DNA of 64,000 nucleotides. Origin: Bacteroidales bacterium. Lineage in GTDB: Bacteria > Bacteroidota > Bacteroidia > Bacteroidales > UBA1715. Where the stretch lies: assembly GCA_031286165.1 (NCBI GenBank), contig JAITUU010000055.1, positions 404 through 64,403 of the forward strand. The letters run 5' to 3'. The notes under the pieces were generated by a model that saw only the letters and a list, made by a program, of their open reading frames with translations, was not told the DNA's origin and did not search any database. This document shows positions 35,782 through 43,415 of the stretch, in pieces. Position numbers and translations under genes: made by a program. Position 1 is the first letter of the stretch; every line of letters begins with the position of its first letter.

Positions 35782-36239
35782 CGGCACTTTCAAAAGCAAT
35801 AAAAGAGGCAGCGCATCGCGGCGAGCAAATATACCTGCAAACCTGCACGGTTGATAGCGTAAATGAAAGCGAACGCACCATAGAATGTACACCCTTAGAC
35901 GAAGGAGCACAACTCACAGGCGTACAACTGCAAGCCGTAACAGACGAAAGAGGCGGTTTGTGTATGTTTCCCAAAGTGGGCAGTTACGTGGTTGTTGGTT
36001 TTTTCGACCGCCACAATGCTGCGGTGCTGCTTAGTACTGAAATCGAAAAAATAACAATCAATGTAAACGACACAGTGTGCATCAAAAATGAGGCGTACAG
36101 CCTTGCGCAGGCGTTCAGAGACCTTTTAACGGCGATTGGAAAACTGACTGTAACTACCGGCGTGGGTCCTTCGGGCGTGCCGATAAACGTAACGGAATTT
36201 CAACAAATACAGCAAAAACTTGATAAACTATTAGAATAA
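35778..36239 (+). CDS. Baseplate spike/assembly protein V-like
   Basis: 153 aa. ...FPKVGSYVVVGFFDRHNAAVLL resembles the OB-fold gpV/gp45 pattern. Confidence 0.5.
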   Translation: MTALSKAIKEAAHRGEQIYLQTCTVDSVNESERTIECTPLDEGAQLTGVQLQAVTDERGGLCMFPKVGSYVVVGFFDRHNAAVLLSTEIEKITINVNDTVCIKNEAYSLAQAFRDLLTAIGKLTVTTGVGPSGVPINVTEFQQIQQKLDKLLE

Positions 36240-36457
36240 TGGCATTAGTAAAAACAAGCTTGAAAACGGCAATCATGGCGGCTTTCAAAGCACAGCAAAA
36301 CAAAACGGACAATCCCGAAGGGGCGTTGAACGACTTGGCTGACAAACTTGCAACGGCAATAGATACCTACATAAAAAGCGGAACGGTAAACGTAACGGTG
36401 GCAACCACCGGCTCGGCTACGGCGCAGGCAGGGACAGGAACAGGAAATATTGTCTGA
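36239..36457 (+). CDS. Small baseplate-module protein (72 aa)
   Basis: Coupled ORF (ATAATG overlap). No motif recognised. Confidence 0.4.
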   Translation: MALVKTSLKTAIMAAFKAQQNKTDNPEGALNDLADKLATAIDTYIKSGTVNVTVATTGSATAQAGTGTGNIV

Positions 36458-36477
36458 ACCGTGATTTACAGGATTAA

Positions 36478-36801
36478 ATGATTGACAAGATGAATGGAAT
36501 TTTGATAGATAACGAAACAAGCGACCTGCTCGTGCAAGTAACACGCAATGCGCAGGGAAAAATTACACGCGGCGTGCTGGTGGGCGACTGCCGCGCAGAC
36601 GTAGCCGAACGCATACTGCAAGCCTATCCGGGAGAGTTTAAAGAACATCCTACGCTCGGCTGCGATATAAAACAGCAAATCAACGGCACAGCCTCTCCCT
36701 TTTGGCGCGGACACACCATGAGCCAACTGCGCAGCGAAGGAATAGAGGTGGAAAATTTGACAATCAACGAAAATGGAGTACAACTGAGTATCAAGTCGTG
36801 A
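36478..36801 (+). CDS. Baseplate wedge protein, gpW/gp25-like
   Basis: 107 aa; size and position match. EHPTLGCDIKQQING resembles the gp25-family loop. Confidence 0.4.
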   Translation: MIDKMNGILIDNETSDLLVQVTRNAQGKITRGVLVGDCRADVAERILQAYPGEFKEHPTLGCDIKQQINGTASPFWRGHTMSQLRSEGIEVENLTINENGVQLSIKS

Positions 36802-36883
36802 GATATGAGACATGAGATTTGAGATTTGAGACGTGAGAACTGAAAACTAACAATTAACCATTTACAATTAATAATTAACAATT
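36802..36883. repeat. Heptad-periodic intergenic leader (11 x 7 nt + 5)
   Basis: gatatga gacatga gatttga gatttga gacgtga gaactga aaactaa caattaa ccattta caattaa taattaa caatt, then ATG. Confidence 0.85.
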
Positions 36884-37303
36884 ATGGAAAACAACCTCCC
36901 ACGCGGCTTGCGAAACAACAACCCCTTGAATATGCGCATAGGCGAAAGTGCATTTACCGGCGAAATCAAACCGGGCACAGATAGAAGTTTTCGCCAATTT
37001 CAAACTATGGCGTATGGCTACCGCGCCGCCTTTCGGCAAATGGAACTCTACTTGGGGCGCGGGCTGAATACGATTGAAAAAATCATAACAACATGGAGTC
37101 CGCCCGAAGAAAACCACACGCAGGCGTATATTGCTATGGTGTGCGCCCACACCGGCATTGCATCCACAAAAGTACTCACGCTCCACAGCGGCGAAGATTT
37201 TATACGAATAGTAGCCGCCATGAGTTACGTGGAAAACGGGCAACAACCGGTAATGGCAGACGTGCTTGCGGGATTTGCGTTACAAACGGCAATAACAAGA
37301 TAG
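36884..37303 (+). CDS. Conserved phage protein with an RNNNPLNMR motif; candidate cell-wall hydrolase by context
   Basis: 139 aa: PRGLRNNNPLNMRIG...FRQFQTMAYGYRAAFRQMELYL. Directly precedes two membrane/lipoprotein genes. Confidence 0.35.
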   Translation: MENNLPRGLRNNNPLNMRIGESAFTGEIKPGTDRSFRQFQTMAYGYRAAFRQMELYLGRGLNTIEKIITTWSPPEENHTQAYIAMVCAHTGIASTKVLTLHSGEDFIRIVAAMSYVENGQQPVMADVLAGFALQTAITR

Positions 37304-37386
37304 ACACAAGACACGAGATATGAGATTTGAGACGTGAGATTTCAGACTAACAACTAAGCACTAATAACTAACAACTAACAACGAAT
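37304..37386. repeat. Heptad-periodic intergenic leader (11 x 7 nt + 6)
   Basis: acacaag acacgag atatgag atttgag acgtgag atttcag actaaca actaagc actaata actaaca actaaca acgaat, then ATG. Confidence 0.85.
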
Positions 37387-37734
37387 ATGGACACATCAAT
37401 TATTATAACAGTAATCGGCTTGCTGAGCGCGGTGGTAGGGAGCACATGGATTGCTTCGGTGGTGCTGCGGCGCAAGTATGAGCAGGAAATAGAACTGCTG
37501 AAAGCCGACCACCACCGCAAAGAAAGCGACACCAACGGCGTGGAAATAGCCAACGCCAAAGAAGTACTCAAAACTCAAATGGAATACATAATAACCCCTT
37601 TACAAAATGAAATCAAAGCACTTAGAAAAGATGTACGAAGCCTGCGCAGGGCTGTGGAAAAAATCAGCGATTGCCCTCACAGTAGCGATTGCCCTGTGCG
37701 CCGTGAGTTGCAAAACAACGAAACTAACGACTGA
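37387..37734 (+). CDS. N-terminally anchored coiled-coil protein (holin- or i-spanin-like)
   Basis: TM segment IIITVIGLLSAVVGSTWIASVVL followed by a charged helical region. Overlaps the next gene by 128 nt in another frame. Confidence 0.4.
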   Translation: MDTSIIITVIGLLSAVVGSTWIASVVLRRKYEQEIELLKADHHRKESDTNGVEIANAKEVLKTQMEYIITPLQNEIKALRKDVRSLRRAVEKISDCPHSSDCPVRRELQNNETND

Positions 37735-38080
37735 AACCGCTACCACACTCAGCCACCATGCCGCCGATGTGCGATGGACTACCGACACGGTGTTTGCCGC
37801 CGAAAAAGACTTCGTGTTTGTGTACATAAACGGCGACACGGTGTATAGAGACCGCCTGCGCGACCGCTTTGTGTATAAAACCAAACGCGATACCACCGCC
37901 CGAACCGACAGCGTGTATGTAGAAAAAAAAGTATTTGTGGAACAAGAAAAACAACTCTCCCGGTGGCAACAACTCAAACTCGACTGCTTTTGGTGGATAG
38001 TGGCGCTCAATATTGCACTACTCGTTTTTATCGGCATTTACGCAGTGATTAAACGACTTTTAAATAGACACAAGATTTGA
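37607..38080 (+). CDS. Lipoprotein with a C-terminal TM helix (spanin-like; possible unimolecular spanin)
   Basis: The signal and lipobox-like IALTVAIALCAVSC, plus a C-terminal CFWWIVALNIALLVFIGIYAVI. The gene starts inside the preceding gene, an Rz/Rz1-like arrangement. Confidence 0.4.
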   Translation: MKSKHLEKMYEACAGLWKKSAIALTVAIALCAVSCKTTKLTTETATTLSHHAADVRWTTDTVFAAEKDFVFVYINGDTVYRDRLRDRFVYKTKRDTTARTDSVYVEKKVFVEQEKQLSRWQQLKLDCFWWIVALNIALLVFIGIYAVIKRLLNRHKI

Positions 38081-38140
38081 GACGTGAGACATGAGATTTC
38101 AGACTAACAACTAATAACTAATAACTAACAACTAATAGGT
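38081..38140. repeat. Heptad-periodic intergenic leader (8 x 7 nt + 4)
   Basis: gacgtga gacatga gatttca gactaac aactaat aactaat aactaac aactaat aggt, then ATG. Confidence 0.85.
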
Positions 38141-38467
38141 ATGAAATATTCCGTTCTTGACCGACAAAGTATGTTTGACATTGCCCTGCAAACGGCAGGC
38201 AGTGCGGAAGCAGCCTTTGCCCTTGCGCGCGAAAACGACCTTTCGCTTACGGAAGATTTGGAGGTGGGTGCGGTATTGACAATGGGGCAATCAATATTGA
38301 CAATGGGGCAATCAGTATTAACAATGGGGCATGCCCCATTGCTAAACAAAAACGTTACCGATTTTTTCGCCAACAAACACCTGCGCCCGGCAACGGCAAT
38401 TTCCAACACCGAAACCCACATTGTGGGACGAATATTTGATTACACGTTTGAAGAACAATTTGAGTAA
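38141..38467 (+). CDS. LysM-like tail protein X homolog with an internal heptapeptide repeat
   Basis: The N-terminal YSVLDRQSMFDIALQTAGSAEAAFALARENDLSLTEDLEVGAVL is LysM/gpX-like. Followed by (V/I)LTMGQS repeats. Confidence 0.45.
   Translation: MKYSVLDRQSMFDIALQTAGSAEAAFALARENDLSLTEDLEVGAVLTMGQSILTMGQSVLTMGHAPLLNKNVTDFFANKHLRPATAISNTETHIVGRIFDYTFEEQFE
38275..38340 (+). repeat. In-frame 21-bp tandem repeat (~2.8 copies) ending in a 16-bp palindrome
   Basis: TATTGACAATGGGGCAATCAA / TATTGACAATGGGGCAATCAG / TATTAACAATGGGGCAT.... ATGGGGCATGCCCCAT at 38325-38340 is a perfect palindrome. Confidence 0.85.
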
Positions 38468-38520
38468 CAAGACACAAGACACAAGACACAAGACTTTTCA
38501 ACTTTCAATTTTCAATTAAA
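38468..38520. repeat. Heptad-periodic intergenic leader (7 x 7 nt + 4)
   Basis: caagaca caagaca caagaca caagact tttcaac tttcaat tttcaat taaa, then ATG. Confidence 0.85.
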
Positions 38521-39378
38521 ATGGCACGCACAATTTCAGAGATAAAAAAAGAGATAACGGACGATTTCGTGAGTAATCCGGCAGTGGTAGAAGCCTACGG
38601 TTTGGAGCAGGGAAAATCCTTTGAGGAGCAATTTTCAAAAGCGAGTTTGGAGAGCATCCTATTCTACCTGCACGCGGCGAAAATTTGGCTTTTGGAGACA
38701 CTGTTCGACACCCACCGCGAGGAGATAAACACCATTCTGCAAAGCAAACGTCCGCACACGGTGGGGTGGTATCGTGGGGCGGCACTTGAATTTCAATTCG
38801 GGCGCGAACTGCGGGCGGACGTGGCGGAATACGATAATTCGGAATTGAGCGAAGACGAAATTGCAGCCGAGCGCATCGTAAGCAAATGCGCGGTGGAAAA
38901 AGCCGAATTTGCCGAAAAGCCGACCCTGACCATCAAAGTAGCCAAAGCCGCCACGCACTTAACCGATGCCGAAAAAACGGCATTTGAAAAATACATGAGC
39001 GAAAAAGCCGATGCAGGCGTGCGCTTGAATATTATCAGCGGCGCACCCGACCGCTTGTGGCTCAGTATCATTATTCGGCACGATGGGCTTGTGTTGAACG
39101 GCAGCGGCGAACGGCTTTACGGAGGGAGCGAAAAACCTGTTGAAAAGGCGGTTAAAAATCATTTAAACAAGCTTGTGTTCAACGGCACGTTTTTCCCCTC
39201 GCTCTTGGAGCAGGAACTCATGCGCCTGCCGGGTGTGAAAATCGCCACCGTGCAAGCCTCGCAAGCCTGCCCCGCCGGTGGCACCCTCACGCAGTTTGTG
39301 GACAAATATCAACCCCTCACCGGCGCGTTGGATATTGACACGGAAAACGATTTGCGCGTGGAATACGAGTTGATATAA
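38521..39378 (+). CDS. Baseplate J-like protein
   Basis: 285 aa. Called from its position after the gpW/gpX-like genes. Confidence 0.45.
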   Translation: MARTISEIKKEITDDFVSNPAVVEAYGLEQGKSFEEQFSKASLESILFYLHAAKIWLLETLFDTHREEINTILQSKRPHTVGWYRGAALEFQFGRELRADVAEYDNSELSEDEIAAERIVSKCAVEKAEFAEKPTLTIKVAKAATHLTDAEKTAFEKYMSEKADAGVRLNIISGAPDRLWLSIIIRHDGLVLNGSGERLYGGSEKPVEKAVKNHLNKLVFNGTFFPSLLEQELMRLPGVKIATVQASQACPAGGTLTQFVDKYQPLTGALDIDTENDLRVEYELI

Positions 39379-39443
39379 TTGTCTGAACCGGGATTTTCAA
39401 GATTAAAGGATTTTCAGAATTAACCATTAACCATTAACCATTA

Positions 39444-39968
39444 ATGAAACTATTTGAGATACAATGGGACAAATTGAACGTGTTGTTACTGCCCACGTTC
39501 TTGCGGAAAATGCGATACTTCGCGTTTCTAAAAGCCTGCACGCAGCCGATTTGGACGGTCTATCGGTGGTTTGCGGAGTGCCGGGAGCAAACGCTCTTTT
39601 TGCTGAAATTCGACACAAGCAAAGGTAACGTAGAACGTGCGCTGCGCACAAAATTTGAATCGGACAGAATTTATATTACCAATACCGATACCGTAACAGA
39701 TAACACAATCTACCTTGCAAGTGCCGAACTCGAAGAAATCGTGTATTTAGATGCGTGGCTTGGAACATTGGAGGAACTTACACCCATTGAACGTACCTAT
39801 TTTGACGATACGCTGTATTTGGATTTTTTTATAGCCCCCAAAGCAACTTTGGCGGACTTTACCGTACACGTTCCGGCAGGAACCGATGCCGTGTACCACA
39901 CCGAAATCGTGCAATTTACCGAACAGTTTACCCTGCCCGGATTTCGATTCCAATTACAAATATTTTAG
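39444..39968 (+). CDS. Baseplate/tail protein, gpI / Mu gp48-like by position
   Basis: 174 aa, following the J-like gene. Confidence 0.35.
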   Translation: MKLFEIQWDKLNVLLLPTFLRKMRYFAFLKACTQPIWTVYRWFAECREQTLFLLKFDTSKGNVERALRTKFESDRIYITNTDTVTDNTIYLASAELEEIVYLDAWLGTLEELTPIERTYFDDTLYLDFFIAPKATLADFTVHVPAGTDAVYHTEIVQFTEQFTLPGFRFQLQIF

Positions 39969-40001
39969 ACACAAGACACATAGACACTAATAATTAAAAA
40001 A

Positions 40002-40766
40002 ATGAATAGAATTGAATTACAAGACAATGGATTTCCGATGACGGCAAAAACACTGCGATTTTTGCAAGAGGCGTATCAAAAACCGATTGAATTTTTGGCA
40101 CGCGAGGCAGCGGTACGCGCAGGCGGCAACTGTATTTTGTACGGAGTAGAACAAACATCAAGCGGCGGCGCGTGGACGGACGGCGCAATAGTTTACAACA
40201 ACGAAATTCTGCCCTTTGTGGGAGGTAGTGGTAACTACTTTTCCGTGAAAAACACACCGGAGCAGGCAGTGTATAAAAATGGGTTGAGCGTAGATGCCTA
40301 CTTCACACGCTACGCGCAAACCGACACAAGCGGCACCGCTATTTCGACACTAAAACGGCTCAACGAACCCGCGCCCACTGCACCCGCAAACACCGCGTGG
40401 GCTTCGCCAACATGGCAAACGGACTATGCAGACATGGCTACCTACCCCCTGAAATGCCGTATATATGGTGGAAAAGGGCAAATAGTGGGAACGTATGAAC
40501 GAACATTTCCTTTGCCATCACAAATTACTACCGATAGTTATACAACGATACTCACACTTCCATCTTCAATGAAACCCAAAAAAGAACAATGGATTACGGC
40601 GCAAATAAGTAGCGTTAGTGCATTTAACTCTCCCAATAATATATTTGGAGCGGGTTTGTTGCAAATTACCACCGGTGGGTTATTGCGAGTGCAATACAAT
40701 AAAGAAACACGCGGAATGGGATTAATTGACTGTGGCGTGATTGCCGCCACCTTCGATTTACTGTAA
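40002..40766 (+). CDS. Tail fibre-associated / receptor-binding candidate
   Basis: 254 aa, located between the baseplate and long-fibre genes. Confidence 0.4.
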   Translation: MNRIELQDNGFPMTAKTLRFLQEAYQKPIEFLAREAAVRAGGNCILYGVEQTSSGGAWTDGAIVYNNEILPFVGGSGNYFSVKNTPEQAVYKNGLSVDAYFTRYAQTDTSGTAISTLKRLNEPAPTAPANTAWASPTWQTDYADMATYPLKCRIYGGKGQIVGTYERTFPLPSQITTDSYTTILTLPSSMKPKKEQWITAQISSVSAFNSPNNIFGAGLLQITTGGLLRVQYNKETRGMGLIDCGVIAATFDLL

Positions 40767-40804
40767 TTTTCAACTTTCAATTTTCAACTTTCAATTCAAA
40801 AAAC
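40767..40804. repeat. Heptad-periodic intergenic leader (5 x 7 nt + 3)
   Basis: ttttcaa ctttcaa ttttcaa ctttcaa ttcaaaa aac, then ATG. Confidence 0.85.
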
Positions 40805-42505
40805 ATGGATTTACAAAATTTAGCAAATCGCGCCGTACAAGTGCGCGAAGAAACACAGCAGGGGCAAAACACGGCAAAGCGCGTGGGTTCGCTGTTCTAC
40901 GATATTATTACCTTCTTTTCGGGTTTGCTGCAAGGAAAGCAGGACAAAACAGACGAAACTCTGCAAACCACCGACAAAAGTGTACCGGGTGCAATCAACG
41001 AAGTGTATAATGGTATTTCGCTCCTGCAAGGCAACGTGAGCGATGCGTTGGGGGAATTGGAGGGCGAAGTCATGCGGGCAATTACCATAGAAACCCAAAA
41101 CCGCACGGAGGCACTACTCGCCGAAACAAATAATCGCACCGCCGCCATTGCCGCGCTTGATAATCAAAAGCAGGACAAAAGCGATGCGAACCTGCAAACC
41201 GGCGCGAAAACCGTAGTAGCCGCCATAAACGAGGTGCTTGCAAATGCGAACGCAATAGGACACAGGGTGCTTACGTGCAATCAAGGCATGGCGTGGAACG
41301 GAATACCCAATGACGGCGGAAATTCTGCATACAACAACTATTACAATGTAGCAGACGGCACAATAGACGTGTACAAAGACTGGCCGGGCTTCAAACTAAA
41401 CGGCGCAACGGTGAATATGCAAACCGATGTACGTGTGGGCGATATTGCTATGGACGGTGCCGGAACCAATTTCAGCTCAATGGTAGGCGTATTTATTCAA
41501 GGTTCCCCACAACCGCGTGTAAAACTACTGCCAAACGCCATGAACCGATATTATAGATTAATCAGAAACGCCACAAACCCTTACGTAAAAATCGGGAAAA
41601 TGCAAACCTCGTTTGTGGGAAGACCGTCCGTAACAAGTTCGGTAGTTATATCAATGCCGGTGGGCGATGCCGCAGCCTCAAATTCCAATCCTATCACGCA
41701 CAGTGCTATATTCACATGGAACGGCAACAAAATATATCAATCGAACCCCATAGAGGGCTACACCTTTCGCTGTGATAGCGGGGGGTGTTTGTATGTAACC
41801 ATTCCGCGCAATACCTACATATATGCCACCACATGGCACGAATCGTATTTTAATTTAGACAAAACGGTAGTAACCGCTGCCGAATGGGAAACACTCTCGC
41901 CGGTGGTGCTGCCATTATTTGCAGGCGAGGCTTACGACCTCAATACAGAGGCAAAAGATATTATCGGCGCAATTAATGAGATATATTCTATTGCCGGACA
42001 AAGTAGCGGCGGTGTTGCTATTATAGAAAGTTTCCCTTTGGCACTATGCGAAGGAGCGCAAAATATCAATCCGGGTTTTGTGGGATTTTTAACCGTTCCT
42101 ACGGTCGATACGCTTATTTCCAAAGCGCAAACCTGCGTGCAAACAAATCACACGGCAGGTAATTTTAAAGTGGCTATTTACAATGAGAATAAACAGTTGG
42201 TGGGCAGTACACAATGGGGGTATTTGGCACGCTCCAAAGCGTGTTTTGTGGAAGCCGATTTTACCGCACCACTGACACTTACCGCCGGAGAGTACTATTA
42301 CGTAGTATTGCACATTGACCACTACAATAGCCGCTATTTGGCAGCAAAGCAACTCAAATGTAACGTGGCAGGTTCCGCGAACGTATTGCAAACCATAATA
42401 GCAGGTAGCGCACAAACAGAACAAAACGATTTGAGCGGGTTTATTACCCAATCCTTTCCCTGCACTGTGCAACAAATTGATGTGCCGTATGTGAAAATTT
42501 TTTAA
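40805..42505 (+). CDS. Tail fibre protein
   Basis: 566 aa, last late gene, followed by a strong terminator. Carries three copies of a K-x-V/I-x-G/A-A-I-N-E-V/I-Y/L motif (KSVPGAINEVY, KTVVAAINEVL, KDIIGAINEIY). Confidence 0.6.
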   Translation: MDLQNLANRAVQVREETQQGQNTAKRVGSLFYDIITFFSGLLQGKQDKTDETLQTTDKSVPGAINEVYNGISLLQGNVSDALGELEGEVMRAITIETQNRTEALLAETNNRTAAIAALDNQKQDKSDANLQTGAKTVVAAINEVLANANAIGHRVLTCNQGMAWNGIPNDGGNSAYNNYYNVADGTIDVYKDWPGFKLNGATVNMQTDVRVGDIAMDGAGTNFSSMVGVFIQGSPQPRVKLLPNAMNRYYRLIRNATNPYVKIGKMQTSFVGRPSVTSSVVISMPVGDAAASNSNPITHSAIFTWNGNKIYQSNPIEGYTFRCDSGGCLYVTIPRNTYIYATTWHESYFNLDKTVVTAAEWETLSPVVLPLFAGEAYDLNTEAKDIIGAINEIYSIAGQSSGGVAIIESFPLALCEGAQNINPGFVGFLTVPTVDTLISKAQTCVQTNHTAGNFKVAIYNENKQLVGSTQWGYLARSKACFVEADFTAPLTLTAGEYYYVVLHIDHYNSRYLAAKQLKCNVAGSANVLQTIIAGSAQTEQNDLSGFITQSFPCTVQQIDVPYVKIF

Positions 42506-42506
42506 G

Positions 42507-42537
42507 AAAAAGGGAGAGTGAAGATTCTCCCTTTTTT
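42507..42537 (+). terminator. Terminator after the tail fibre gene
   Basis: AAAAAGGGAGA-gtgaagat-TCTCCCTTTTT. Confidence 0.75.
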
Positions 42538-42559
42538 GTTGAAAAAATTGCTGAAAAAG

Positions 42560-42590
42560 TTGCTTAATACGAAAAAACGTATTATATTTG
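42560..42590 (+). promoter_or_regulatory. Bacteroidota-type promoter for the right-end morons (TTG-N20-TATATTTG)
   Basis: TTG at 42560-42562 and TAtaTTTG at 42583-42590, just after the tail-fibre terminator. Confidence 0.5.
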
Positions 42591-42613
42591 TAGTGTATTA
42601 AAAAATAAACATT

Positions 42614-42760
42614 ATGGACAAATTAAAATTAACAGACAAAGAAATTGAACTAATAGAGGCTATTAGGAATTTCCAAAAAACAAAACACAATTACTCTTTT
42701 GATTTAGAGTTTTACGTTCGAGAATTATTTGAAAGTATTTTAACCGAAAAAGAAGATTAA
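42614..42760 (+). CDS. Small moron protein (48 aa)
   Basis: Manually translated as MDKLKLTDKEIELIEAIRNFQKTKHNYSFDLEFYVRELFESILTEKED. Has its own TTG-N20-TATATTTG promoter and a terminator. Confidence 0.35.
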   Translation: MDKLKLTDKEIELIEAIRNFQKTKHNYSFDLEFYVRELFESILTEKED

Positions 42761-42766
42761 CCAATA

Positions 42767-42797
42767 AAACCCCGCTCGAAAAAGTGGGCGGGGTTTT
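42767..42797 (+). terminator. Terminator after the 48-aa moron
   Basis: AAACCCCGC-tcgaaaaagtgg-GCGGGGTTT followed by T. Confidence 0.65.
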
Positions 42798-42813
42798 ATT
42801 TAAAATTATAATT

Positions 42814-43062
42814 ATGGAAATAACAGTAACACAACAACAAAAGGCAATGAAATACCAAATGAAAGATATTGCATTAGATATTACATGGTCGAAGATAGCG
42901 AAACGGTACTTTGGAAAGTCCGCCTCGTGGATGTATCATAAGTTGAACGGAATGGACGGCAATGGAAAGCCAACCGATTTTAGTCCGGAAGAAAGAGAAC
43001 AACTAAAAAATGCATTGTTTGATTTTTCGGAAAGAGTGCGAACGGTTGCTTATGCTATTTAG
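42814..43062 (+). CDS. Moron protein (82 aa)
   Basis: ATG at 42814; the tracked GTG start lies inside the preceding terminator hairpin. Followed by its own terminator. Confidence 0.45.
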   Translation: MEITVTQQQKAMKYQMKDIALDITWSKIAKRYFGKSASWMYHKLNGMDGNGKPTDFSPEEREQLKNALFDFSERVRTVAYAI

Positions 43063-43097
43063 GCTCAACACATAGTGTTTCTTTTTTAATACACCCG

Positions 43098-43128
43098 AAC
43101 CCTGCAATGAGCCTTTGCAGGGTTTTTT
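43098..43128 (+). terminator. Terminator after the 82-aa moron
   Basis: AACCCTGCAA-tgagcct-TTGCAGGGTT followed by TTTT. Confidence 0.75.
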
Positions 43129-43133
43129 ATTGT

Positions 43134-43290
43134 ACGTTGGAACGCAGTTTAATCGGTATTGAAATGGGGATTATCAATCTCGAACCTTTTATAGGCACAG
43201 GAACAACGGCGGTAGTAGCGCGAGAGTTGTGGTTTTAAAATCGAACTCAATCCCGATTATATAGAGATAGCAGAAAAGAGGCTGCGGTAA
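43134..43290 (+). pseudogene. C-terminal remnant of an N6/N4 DNA methyltransferase (frame-broken)
   Basis: Encodes ...IINLEPFIGTGTTAVVARELWF* and then, in another frame, FKIELNPDYIEIAEKRLR*. This matches the DPF-GSGTT...IGIE-N--Y---A--R tail of PF01555-type methylases. No upstream catalytic region is present. Confidence 0.55.
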
Positions 43291-43294
43291 TAGA

Positions 43295-43331
43295 AAAAGC
43301 GCATAAAATTTGATGGTTTTATGCGCTTTTT
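43295..43331 (+). terminator. Terminator after the methylase remnant, near the prophage right end
   Basis: AAAAGCGCATAAAA-tttgatgg-TTTTATGCGCTTTT. Confidence 0.7.
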
Positions 43332-43368
43332 ATACTAAGTTAGTGGAGGTGGCGAAAAAGTGAAAAAA

Positions 43369-43415
43369 TTCGTGTTTGGTTTAAATTTTTTTCGTGTTTG
43401 GTTTTGTGGATTATA
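43369..43415. repeat. Prophage right end with two putative transposase-binding repeats
   Basis: TTCGTGTTTGGTT occurs at 43369-43381 and 43391-43403 (22-bp spacing), 12 bp from the junction. Confidence 0.6.

Larger units (their letters stand above)
11417..43415 (+). mobile_element. Mu-like transposable prophage (~32.0 kb) inserted in the helicase gene of the outer element
   Basis: Has a repressor, Ner-like gene, 712-aa DDE transposase and MuB-like ATPase at one end, followed by head, tail and fibre modules. Flanked by a 5-bp direct duplication TTTCA. Inverted TTCGTGTTTGGTT motifs occur at both ends. Excision in silico restores the helicase ORF. Confidence 0.85.
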
